Positions 1 to 9,716 of a DNA stretch of 60,837 nt are shown here, in pieces (position 1 is the stretch's first letter; the number at the start of each line of letters is the position of its first letter). The position numbers and the translations under genes were made by a program. Below the pieces are notes generated by a model. That model was not told where the DNA came from, searched no databases, and saw only the letters and a list, made by a program, of their open reading frames with translations. Source of the DNA: Vezdaea acicularis (lineage: Eukaryota); NCBI GenBank assembly GCA_026025075.1, contig JAPEUI010000097.1, positions 1-60,837 of the forward strand, given 5' to 3'.

Positions 1-3000
1 GAGTTCTGCGTGGACACTGGCTCCGCGTTGTCCCTAATAGATGAAAAAGCGTTAGAGACGCATTATCCGTCATTAAAAGTACACGTCATCCCTAATCATA
101 AAAGCATCCAAATATCGGGCATAGGTAAAGGCCCAATAACTAATCGTTATGTCATGTTACCCCTGTCCTTGCCCACAACTAGTAGCCGTCACCTTGACAT
201 ACTAGGGGAAGTCCATATCGTAGAAACCCTGACGTGCCAGCTCCTTATAGGAAACAACGTCCTTCGCCCTAATAGGATTGAAATTAACTGGGGCAAAGAC
301 GGCATGTCTGACTATCTTCGCATCGGTGACACCCTTGTGCCCCTCAACGTGAGACAGGAGAACGCCATCCCTAGACGGATGCCCGTTTTTGCCTCTGTAG
401 GATACTACCTGGCCCCGGGGACAGGCCAGGCGGTCAGCACCATGACCAAGCACCCTCCACCCAGGGATGAGGACGGGTTCCTGTTCGAGCCGAAAAACGT
501 AATGGATTTGGGCACGCAGTCTTGCCTTGCTAGCCCAAATGCCCTATTACTCTACGCTACGCAACCCTTACCTGTCAGTAATTTCGGCTTGACCGGACAG
601 AAAATAGTAAAAGGGCAGCTCTTGGGATACGTGTGTCCGTATAGGGATAAGGAAAAACCCGCTTCCAGCGTCATGGTCAATATGACGCAGGTGTTGTCCC
701 ACCCCCTAAAGGGCGATCCTCGAGAGATGCCTCCCCCTCAGGCGGGACAACCCGAACCCACTATCGACAATCGACAGATGGGGCAGATCAAAACGGATGA
801 CCTTCCCTACCTGATACACTACCCCGCCGAGGGCGCCACGAAAGCCGACATTTCCCCCCACTGGGGCACAGAATATAACGCTCGCGTTAACAGGATAATC
901 GACAACCATGCTCGCCTTTTCCGCCCCAGCCTGGGCATGTTCAACGATGGCGTAACCATGCCAATTCCGTTCCGTGACCCCAAGGACATAGGGGGCTTGA
1001 AGCAGGCGCCGTATGGGTTATCCCGAAAAGACAAGGAAGCTATGGACGGTATCCTGGATCCGTTGCTCAAGGACGGCCGAATCGTTAAGGTCCCCCTGGG
1101 CGCCCCTTCTGCCGCCGCATCACCGGCCTTTGTAGTATGGAAAGGTGAGAAACCACGGGTAGTGGTCGACCTCCGTAAGGTCAACACGAAATTATACCCG
1201 GACGCATACCCCTTGCCCAAGCAAGACCAGATCTTGGGAGCTCTGGGTGGCTCTATCGTGTTCTCGAGCATGGACGTCACAAAGGGGTTCTTCCAGCAAC
1301 CCATTGACCCCGTTGACCAATGGAAAACGGCCTTCGTGACCCCGCATAGGGGGCATGAACAGCTAACCGTGTCAACAATGGGGCTGGCTAACTCTCCTGG
1401 GTTCTTCCAGCACCGGATGGAAGCCTTGTTTGGACGGTTCCTCTGGCAGTTTGTCCTAGTATACGTCGACGATATCATCGTCTTTTCACGCTCACTGGAC
1501 GATCACTTGCGCCAATTAGACCAGGTGCTCAGCTTGCTGGAGGCGTCAGGGGTCACCCTGGCGCTGTCCAAATGTCACTTCGCCTACCCCACCCTCGTGG
1601 CGCTAGGGCATCACGTCTCCAGGCTTGGTCTGAGCACTGTCCAAGAAAAGACGGACGCCATCAGGCAACTGGCGTATCCCACAAACCTACGACAGCTCGA
1701 AATCGGTCTAGGTTTCTTTGGATACTACCGAAAGTTTGTACCAGGTTACTCAGACATCGCGCAACCTCTCCTCCAGCTTAAAACAATAGGGTTCAAGGGG
1801 GGCCCAACAAAGGGGAAGGCGCGGCAGAACTACGCGGACAAGCGCTCCGAGGAAAAAGGAGCATTTGACTTTGATATCAAGTGCCAGGCAGCCTGGGACA
1901 AGCTGAAGGATCGACTCTGCAACGCCCCGACGTTAGCCTTCCCCGACTTCACTAAAGGCTTCATCCTATACTGCGACGGTAGCAAGGAAAGAGGTTATGG
2001 AGCCGCCCTTCACCAAATCGGCCCAGACAAGGTGGAGCGCCCAATCCTCTTTTTGTCCAAACAGCTTAATGCGCCAGAGCGAAACTATTGGGCAACAGAA
2101 CTCGAAGTAGGCGCCCTGGTATGGGCTCTCAAGAAGCTCCAAGCATACGTTGACGGTAACGAACTGACCGTGTACACGGATCATGCAGCAATACAGGGCA
2201 TCTTCCAATCAGATGGGCAGGGTAAGAGAAGCAACCGTTTGAACAATTGGGCTTTATTCCTGTCCAAATACAGGGGTCAAATGACCATAATACATCGCGC
2301 AGGGAAGGTTCATAGGAACGCGGACGGGCTGTCCAGGTTGCCCGTATCCACATTCACCACGAGCGTCCTGCATATAGACGACCAGTTGAGGAGGGCGATA
2401 ACCAGTAACTTGGCAAAAGACAAGCACCTCAAAGCAATCTACCACGCGATAAAAGAACAGGTCAAAGCTACGGGGTCACATGCAGACGGACCAAGCACGA
2501 CGAGGGAGACATTCCGCTACGATAAGGATACCGGGCTACTGTACTTTATTGACCATGACAGACATGAACGCCTCTGCATCCCTGAGAAAGCGCAGGCTCT
2601 CATCCTCACGTGGGCACACGACAACCGGGCTCATCCAGGGGCAAATCGGACTTATGACTTCCTCCGACAAAATGTTTATATGCCCCGAATGAAACGGACA
2701 ATCGCCCGTTACGTTCAGGGATGCCCAGCTTGTGCGGTCAGCAAACCAACAAGGCATCCCCCATACGGCGACCTCCATCCCATCCAATCCCCTCCAGTGC
2801 CATTTGCTGTGCAAACCATGGACTTCGTGGGTAGCTTACCACAGTCCTCCAAAGAAAGTACGGCGATCCTCACCGTAACGGACAAGTTCAGCAAGGCTAT
2901 AAAGCTGGTGCCGGGACGGGATACGTTTACCGTCGTCGAATGGGCGGAGGCGTACTTCCGCCTCGTCTATAAGGACTGGGGCGCCCCCCAGGTCATAATA

Positions 3001-3864
3001 TCTGACCGGGACGCGAAGTTCACCAGCTACTTCTGGAAGGCGTTATTCAAGAGAGCTAACACACGTCTAGCCATGACAACAGCTTACCACCCCGCTGCGG
3101 ACGGTCAGTCTGAGAGGACGAATCAAACGGTGGAAATTGCCTTGCGCTGCTTGCTCGCCGGACTAGAGTCAAAGTCAGCATGGGAGGACATTCTGCCTGA
3201 TGTGGAATTTAGCATCAATACCTCCACAAACGTTTCCACAGGATCAACACCATTCGAGTTACTCTATGGGGTTGAAGCCAGGACAGCGTTCTCCCCTCCC
3301 ACAAACATCAATGTCGGGGCCGACTCTTTTGTAGAGGACAGGATACAACGGCGACAGGACGCGGCAGACGCGGTACAAATGGCACAAGCCCGTATAAAGA
3401 TATACTTCGATTTGAAGCACTCCCCTATCACTCTGTCTGGCTCCGTGTACCTTTGCCTGGCAACAGGCATAAAGAAAGGCTATAGGTTGGCCGGAGCGGG
3501 CAAACTGTCCCCAGTAAAGATGAGGCCGTTCTGTATCAAAAGCAAGGTAGGACGCCTAGCCTACGAGATTGAATTGCCACCGGAACTCCAGGACATCCAT
3601 CCAGTCATCTCGGTGACACACCTGGAACAAGCGCCCGACAAGTCGTTGACGCAGGGCAGGAAGCTGCCACCCCCGGGTCCTCTCCTGGTGGACGGCCAGG
3701 AGGAATGGGTTGTCGAACGGATATTGGGCCAAGAGAGACGAGGACGAAAGGACTTCTATAAGATCAAGTGGGAAGGATACGACGGCACAACCTGGGAGCC
3801 CGCAGAGAACATAGCAGCAGACGTCCCTCAGCTGGTCCAGAAGTTCAAAAGGACACAGCGTTAG
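1..3864 (+). CDS. pol: Retrotransposon Pol polyprotein (aspartic protease, RT, RNase H, integrase, chromodomain); frame open from base 1
   Basis: VDTGSA protease motif; RT motifs SMDVTKGFFQ, MGLANSPG and YVDD; RNase H motifs YCDGS, ATELE and YTDH; integrase HHCC (AHDNRAH...CPAC) and D-D-E (MDFV, SDRD, GQSERTNQ); C-terminal chromodomain EEWVVERIL...YKIKWEGY..TWEP. Confidence 0.97.
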   Translation, partial: EFCVDTGSALSLIDEKALETHYPSLKVHVIPNHKSIQISGIGKGPITNRYVMLPLSLPTTSSRHLDILGEVHIVETLTCQLLIGNNVLRPNRIEINWGKDGMSDYLRIGDTLVPLNVRQENAIPRRMPVFASVGYYLAPGTGQAVSTMTKHPPPRDEDGFLFEPKNVMDLGTQSCLASPNALLLYATQPLPVSNFGLTGQKIVKGQLLGYVCPYRDKEKPASSVMVNMTQVLSHPLKGDPREMPPPQAGQPEPTIDNRQMGQIKTDDLPYLIHYPAEGATKADISPHWGTEYNARVNRIIDNHARLFRPSLGMFNDGVTMPIPFRDPKDIGGLKQAPYGLSRKDKEAMDGILDPLLKDGRIVKVPLGAPSAAASPAFVVWKGEKPRVVVDLRKVNTKLYPDAYPLPKQDQILGALGGSIVFSSMDVTKGFFQQPIDPVDQWKTAFVTPHRGHEQLTVSTMGLANSPGFFQHRMEALFGRFLWQFVLVYVDDIIVFSRSLDDHLRQLDQVLSLLEASGVTLALSKCHFAYPTLVALGHHVSRLGLSTVQEKTDAIRQLAYPTNLRQLEIGLGFFGYYRKFVPGYSDIAQPLLQLKTIGFKGGPTKGKARQNYADKRSEEKGAFDFDIKCQAAWDKLKDRLCNAPTLAFPDFTKGFILYCDGSKERGYGAALHQIGPDKVERPILFLSKQLNAPERNYWATELEVGALVWALKKLQAYVDGNELTVYTDHAAIQGIFQSDGQGKRSNRLNNWALFLSKYRGQMTIIHRAGKVHRNADGLSRLPVSTFTTSVLHIDDQLRRAITSNLAKDKHLKAIYHAIKEQVKATGSHADGPSTTRETFRYDKDTGLLYFIDHDRHERLCIPEKAQALILTWAHDNRAHPGANRTYDFLRQNVYMPRMKRTIARYVQGCPACAVSKPTRHPPYGDLHPIQSPPVPFAVQTMDFVGSLPQSSKESTAILTVTDKFSKAIKLVPGRDTFTVVEWAEAYFRLVYKDWGAPQVIISDRDAKFTSYFWKALFKRANTRLAMTTAYHPAADGQSERTNQTVEIALRCLLAGLESKSAWEDILPDVEFSINTSTNVSTGSTPFELLYGVEARTAFSPPTNINVGADSFVEDRIQRRQDAADAVQMAQARIKIYFDLKHSPITLSGSVYLCLATGIKKGYRLAGAGKLSPVKMRPFCIKSKVGRLAYEIELPPELQDIHPVISVTHLEQAPDKSLTQGRKLPPPGPLLVDGQEEWVVERILGQERRGRKDFYKIKWEGYDGTTWEPAENIAADVPQLVQKFKRTQR

Positions 3865-4167
3865 CTGTGTCGTATTCCCCAAGAAATACTCGAAAGGGGC
3901 TACTATCTTGAGATAGTTACCCCTATATTGATATCGCTTACGAATTCGCTTATTTTAGATAGTTAATTTAACTTGCGCTGAGCTGTAGCTCGCTTCACCT
4001 CACCTCACCTTTCGTTGCTACACCTCATCTATCCTTCATTCTTACACCACCTCACCCTTCAACAAGGTGATCCTCTTGACCTCTATAGCACTACCGCGGG
4101 GCTTGCCCCTTCGTAATAAACATACCGTTTAACATACCGTTTTATCACCTCAGCCTGTCCGGTTACG

Positions 4168-5862
4168 ATGGCCCCCGGTGCAATGGCTTCGTTGCATACA
4201 AACGTCCCGCCAGTCAAGTGGACCAAATATGACTTTAAGCCCGTCCAAAGAGCTTGGCCTCCTGCCTGGAAAGATCGTCACATTGAGGGCGCAATCTACG
4301 CAACTTTTGGTCTATTCTCTAGCCCTTCCGACCGTGAGATGGCTAGGAAACTTTTCGCGATCGAAAACGACCCAAACGACTGGCCTTGTCGTGCGATTAG
4401 ACGCGGCTGGAATATCAAAAAGCAGCCAGAGTTTGACGACAACATCGTTGAGCTCTTCAAGGAGACATTTCCCACCTGCGATAAGACTGATGGTCAGATC
4501 GGTAGAGCACTGAAACAAGACATCCTGATCAAGAATAAGATCCTCGTACAGGCTCTCAAGGAAGACGGCATCGAGACCAAGCTTCAATACCGATTGTCCT
4601 GGGAACACGAAGCTACATTGGTACGATACCCCATCTTCAACGAAGCAGAAGAAGGGACAGGAGCATATGACGATCCTCTCGCAACGGTACCCGAGTTTGG
4701 CAATTGGGCAGACGCATTGAATGTGACAAAAGTCAAGCACCAGCGCGAGATGATGTCCGCCATGGCTCTAGGATCACCTTCACCATCCGAGACACCCAAC
4801 AGCATAGGTCGATCAGAAGAAGAGTACAATAACACGGTATCGGACAAGATAGCTTGCGCAGATGCAAACGTGGCTATTCAAAGCGTTGAACCCATCCTGT
4901 CACCAGTACAATCAACCATGGCGCCACCTGGTCAGATCAGACGGTCCACAACGCATCAGCCAGTATCTTCTGCCATTCGCTCCATGTCCATAACGTCATC
5001 AAAGTCATCGTCCTCGAGCTCAAGCGGGTCTGAGATGATAAACGCCGTTGTAACGGAAGCCCGAGAGGAAACAAGGGAACCAGATACATATGTGAAGCCA
5101 GACAGATTGTCCGTACCGCGCACAAGACCGTTGGCTGCGACATCACCATCTCCCGCGCCGACAGCTACGCCGTCCAAGCCCATCGAGCACGTGTCCACTG
5201 CTCTCACCCAGGTCTCAACTACGGGACGCACCGCTAGGGCAGGAACCAACCCTCTCTGGACCCCGGGCGCTCAATTCCCCGCTGGAACATGGCAACCTAC
5301 TGACGGACACGGCGATAAAAACGGTACCAACTGGCTTCTGTATGACCCGAGAGGCCCCTTGCCTATACTAGACTCGCGAGGATACTCGGCGGACAACAGG
5401 AGACTGATGACCTTCCCGGTGTACGTTAACCTGAGCGACAGAGCTACGGGACATGTCATCATGTCGATGGTATCCTACCGGATGAAACTTAAGTATTGGC
5501 CAAATAACTTCCGAAAGGACGCTCGGCTGGCCAGGAACTATGTATCAAGAGGGGCAGGATTTTTCTTCGTGGACGGACGAGTCGGGGCGGTGGACACCAT
5601 CAAGCTGCTAGGTGCTGATTTTCATGGCAAAATCCCAAAACACTACAACCTGCCGATTGGAAGCGCCCAGTCGAATGATCAGCTGCAGGACCTTCCCTCC
5701 GATGACCTTGCAGTGGCAGACTGTTTTCTTCCCGGCTCGGCATCCAACATAGACGGGACACAACCATCTGTTGGACCAGGACGATATGCCGTGCCTAACT
5801 TTTGTCGTCGCCGTCACCCCCCCGGCTCCAGGACAAAAGGATGCAAGCATCCGGATAAATAA
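4168..5862 (+). CDS. Extra ORF (ORF3, 564 aa) inside the retroelement, function unknown
   Basis: Long ATG-initiated ORF between the pol stop and the PPT. Two globular-looking regions separated by an S/T/P-rich linker. No obvious signal peptide or TM helix. Confidence 0.7.
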   Translation: MAPGAMASLHTNVPPVKWTKYDFKPVQRAWPPAWKDRHIEGAIYATFGLFSSPSDREMARKLFAIENDPNDWPCRAIRRGWNIKKQPEFDDNIVELFKETFPTCDKTDGQIGRALKQDILIKNKILVQALKEDGIETKLQYRLSWEHEATLVRYPIFNEAEEGTGAYDDPLATVPEFGNWADALNVTKVKHQREMMSAMALGSPSPSETPNSIGRSEEEYNNTVSDKIACADANVAIQSVEPILSPVQSTMAPPGQIRRSTTHQPVSSAIRSMSITSSKSSSSSSSGSEMINAVVTEAREETREPDTYVKPDRLSVPRTRPLAATSPSPAPTATPSKPIEHVSTALTQVSTTGRTARAGTNPLWTPGAQFPAGTWQPTDGHGDKNGTNWLLYDPRGPLPILDSRGYSADNRRLMTFPVYVNLSDRATGHVIMSMVSYRMKLKYWPNNFRKDARLARNYVSRGAGFFFVDGRVGAVDTIKLLGADFHGKIPKHYNLPIGSAQSNDQLQDLPSDDLAVADCFLPGSASNIDGTQPSVGPGRYAVPNFCRRRHPPGSRTKGCKHPDK

Positions 5863-5947
5863 GCCAGCAGCGTCCCGTCAGTCAACAGATACAACGCGTT
5901 CAACGGTATTCCCTAGTCAGCGTCGTTTGCCACCTCTATAGTCAGAG

Positions 5948-6505
5948 GTGCAGTCAGTGGAAAGCCAACCAATAGAACGCCCGAATACCGCCACGCGTGT
6001 ACCAGCAAAGAAACGTGTGACATCAACGACAACGGCAGCGACAAGTGGACGACAGGCTTCATCTCCTCCTAAAGGCAGTTCATTGCGTCTGAGCAAGGTG
6101 TCAAAAAAAGCGCTGTTTGAGGAGTCAAAAGCTATCAGAGAAGAAGTACGAACTCATATGGCACGTCTGGAAGAGCTTAACCGTCAGTTGGAATCGGATA
6201 CAGCTCCGCTGAGTGCTCAAGAGCAACAGCGTCAGCGTGAACCTGCCCCTGCTCCGTCCTCTTCACCCCCTCAGCGTGTCCTGCCACAGACGATCAGCTT
6301 CCAACCAATCAACGAGCCCGGCCCGTCTGTACGCCCTGATCATAGACGTTCCTCGACTCAGACGTTCGATAGCATCAATGCACGTTCCCCCAGTATGGCC
6401 ACAGGTCGCGACAATCGGCAGGAGGACAATAGAGAAGAGGAAGCAGCGTCGCCAACCGATGACCTCTACGCTAACTCTCCAAGGCCATCCCCTCCGAGAG
6501 GTTAA
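5948..6505 (+). CDS. Extra ORF (ORF4, 185 aa, low complexity with coiled coil); possibly the broken C-terminus of ORF3
   Basis: Coiled-coil-like LFEESKAIREEVRTHMARLEELNRQLE; stop ~50 bp before the PPT. The frame is also open from 5753 to 5938, upstream of a single TAG at 5939-5941. Confidence 0.45.
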   Translation: MQSVESQPIERPNTATRVPAKKRVTSTTTAATSGRQASSPPKGSSLRLSKVSKKALFEESKAIREEVRTHMARLEELNRQLESDTAPLSAQEQQRQREPAPAPSSSPPQRVLPQTISFQPINEPGPSVRPDHRRSSTQTFDSINARSPSMATGRDNRQEDNREEEAASPTDDLYANSPRPSPPRG

Positions 6506-6571
6506 CTCCGCCATTACACTTCAACTCTGCTACAGGATATCGGGACGATATCTTTTCGGGAGGGGGCAATC

Positions 6572-6858
6572 TGTTGTGGGACAGCGGGATAGGGGCAGGA
6601 GCAGGAGCAGGTACGCTATATACTAACAGACGCAGCTTCTTTATAGCGCCTGCCCATAGGGGCAGCGCTATAAGGCATGCGACTGCCCTACAACGGACAG
6701 CGCTTACCGCGCTGTCCTGACCGGGCAGTCGTGACCGGGCACGTGATGGCCCATATATATAGCGTATCCTCCTAGATAGAAACAAGGCAATTCTTTCATC
6801 ATAAAACTGTACCAGGACGCCTTGTCCTTGCAGTGTCTGGACACCCCGTGCCCTGACA
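6572..6858 (+). repeat. Putative 3' LTR (~287 bp)
   Basis: Starts TG just after the PPT and ends CA; imperfect terminal inverted repeat (TGTTGTGGGAC vs GTGCCCTGACA); TATA-like ATATATA at ~6753-6761; CATAAA at ~6800; internal stem-loops. Confidence 0.55.
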
Positions 6859-6859
6859 A

Positions 6860-9200
6860 TGCCACAGCGCATGCAGGCTTGTCTAAAGGCAAAAGAAGGT
6901 CATATTTACAAATAATAGTGTAAGACGTCGCAGTGGCCTTCTCAATGGCCTGCCAGCGGAGCTATGGCAGGCTAAGCAAGATGAGCGCCGCTTAAAGCCT
7001 AGTTCAAGAGCAGCGCGGGTTGAATCCATTACCTATATATGCCGATGGCGCTACTCCGATGGCTCGTCATCAAATTGTTTCTTACTATATGCTATAGCTA
7101 GATCCTACGAGATTTTAATATATCTATATGACTTCATTGTCTATATATCGCCTCATTTAATCAGGCGATTGCTATTATATCCGCAGCATATCATTATATC
7201 TAGCTATTGTAGCCCGTGTACGCTCCACTAAACGTACGCCCCCTTGCCGCAGGCAGGACGCAGATGTCGTACGCCTGTCACGCTTTCAGAAAAAAGGCAG
7301 AGCTTGTGCCCACTCTTATAAGTAGCAAGGCAGGCATTTAGACTATTTATATTCCTAATTCTAAGCTATAGCAATGCGTAGTAGTGCCATAATATCAAAT
7401 TGAAATTGTCGCCTTCAATTGTTGCAAAACAATCGTTTTGAAACTTTTTCTCTCTTTATGTACAGTACAGTAATGAAATGTTGTAAAATAGACATGTCTA
7501 TTATATTTAATTTCAAAAAAATGCCTTCTCTAATTCTTCTTTTATTGTCATTGTAGAAATTACTGCGTTTTTCTTATAGATTGAGTATAAGAACGCTGTG
7601 GCATCTTTTTAAAGCGCACTGACTCGCCTTAGACAGCTGTTCTTGCTTAAACGCCGGTGGCGCTTAGGAGATGCTTAATCAGCTTGCTCCTCATATATTT
7701 ATCAAGTCAGTTCCGCTAGGGACGCGGCATCAAATAATCTTGAATCATAGCTAGTTCTTGAAATCTATTTATATAATCGCAATCTGTTCATTATATCACT
7801 ATATCTTTATATCCATATAATCCAGTGATACCGTTAGCTATTGCCGGCGGCCCGCCTACCTCTATAGCCTATTCAACATGCAGTAGCATTGCAGGCGGAC
7901 CGCAGATGGCGCCCAGCCTACCACGCTCTCAAAATCAGAAGCAGTTATTATGCTCATTCTTACATTGAGCATATTTATGATATTAATAATAAGTTAATAT
8001 TTTCAATATTTATGAATGAACTTTATATTATATACTTAATATTTAAAAATATATTTCACCAGCAGAACTACTACATCCAACAGTCAAAATTTTATTCTAT
8101 CAGACAAAAAATATTATATCTGTAACATAATTGTCACTAAATGATATAAAATTATAATTTTTCAATCTTCAATTATTAATTGATATTTAGAAATTTTAGA
8201 ATAAGAAAATTTAAGACATCAATATATTTAAAAATACAAAATGTATCTAATCAGAGTTAAAACTTACAAACTATGTCATAATATATAAGCAAAATATTTG
8301 CACATTAAATGTCCACAAAATTTAATACATGTGATTAATTAATAGAAAACTTTTTTTTTCAAATTTTTTGCATATTATTTTTTATTATATGTTTTTATTT
8401 TACATCAACTACATTGCAAATATACAATCTATATTGTTTTACAAAGATCAAGTTTAATTAATGTTGAAGGATACAATAACTAAACTTGAATTATGAAAAA
8501 ATTAGAATTTAAACATGCTAAAAATATATATATATACATATACGTGATAAAAAAAACTCAATGTATTATTTTCATTATTATTACACATACAATTGATAGC
8601 TAAGACAAAATCTTGTGCATAGTAATTTTTGCTTCTAGGATATATTATTTGGTCTTTGGTGGTTATAATTATTTAATGAATTTGTAATTTTGAAATATTA
8701 TTTATCAATTTTAATTATCCTAAGAAATATATATATATATATAATGTATTTTTCAACCAAATATAATTAATAATAAAAATGTTCAGTTTCAAAAATTCTA
8801 TATGATTTGAAACCTTAGAAATCTTTTTGGCCTTGCTCAAAATTTTATTTTTTGATGGAAATTTTGAAATTTTGAGAATTTTCAAAATCCTGCCCAAGAG
8901 CTTTGAAAAAAAACTTGAAATTTGTGAAGATTTTTATGAATACAAATTTTCAGCACCTGCTTCCATCAAGGTGAGATGGCTTATTTGGCATTCCTGCCCA
9001 AAATCCCTGAAATTTTGTCTTCTTTTGTTTGGAGGTGTTTAAATCAACAGGTTGAAATTCCGTTTGAAAACCCATCTCAACGCGAATTTTTAAATGTGGT
9101 CTAAATACCACTAATGCATGAAGGAAATAATTGCATATTCATAAACAATAATATGCTTAGGATGTTCATGATAAGTTGAGTATCTGACGCAGATCATTAC
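6860..9200. other. Degraded repeat-like DNA: TpA-rich tract followed by a very AT-rich island (~7930-9180)
   Basis: Abrupt compositional shift relative to both the retroelement and the gene block; no credible ORFs; many TA runs; CpG nearly absent in 7930-9050. Confidence 0.7.
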
Positions 9201-9716
9201 GTTGTACTAAAGGAATCCAGCACCGTGCCTCCCAGATGCTGTCGACACCCAAGGGGCCCACACGATCCCCGAAATTACCCCGTTAACTATCCAATATTAC
9301 CAATTGACAACATAAGTAGTTGTAGGGCATATGATATACGACGTAAATATGGTACGGCGATATACTACGATAAAAGCAAGCAGGAAGTTTTACGCTTTAA
9401 TAATGAATATCTGGGGGACTAGTGTAGTTAGACGTAACACTGAACAACCCCCCTGCTTCATTTGAATTTTGCCAGTGCTACTCCTGCGCAAACGTATAGC
9501 CCGCCCTTACGTGGAATGCCCGCTCATGAAATAAGATTATAAAATAAAGCCAACGTTACAGCCCTGCGCTAGGTCCCGCTAGACGATATCAAGGGCCATT
9601 ATCATCTACAGTGCAAAAGCTGTGTGGAATTACAGCGCAATGCAACCGCCCAAAAAAGCAGCTAAGGACAGAAGAAGAAACTCAATTCAGGAATACGGGG
9701 TTGAGAAGCTAGTAAA

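Larger units (their letters stand above)
1..6858 (+). mobile_element. Ty3/Gypsy (chromodomain-bearing) LTR retrotransposon, 5'-truncated by the window edge
   Basis: pol domain order PR-RT-RH-IN-chromodomain. PPT-like GGGAGGGGGCAA at ~6558-6569, then TGTTG at 6572. Putative LTR end ...CCCTGACA at 6858. The 5' LTR and gag lie outside the window, so the 3' end cannot be confirmed by LTR comparison. Confidence 0.85.

Noticed and set aside
3891..3910. Alternative PPT/LTR start (GAAAGGGGCTAC-TATC) right after the pol stop
   Set aside because: Short purine run not followed by TG; the 6558-6576 junction fits better. Not fully excluded without the 5' LTR.
4168..5862. ORF3 as an env gene or as gag of a second element
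   Set aside because: No signal peptide, TM anchor, CCHC knuckle or following protease visible
6958..7032. tRNA-like relic (GCGCGGGTTGAATCC resembles a B box)
   Set aside because: Lacks the C of TTCG, has no A box, and no cloverleaf could be built
9380..9425. Helitron 3' end (CTAG|T)
   Set aside because: No GC-rich hairpin just upstream
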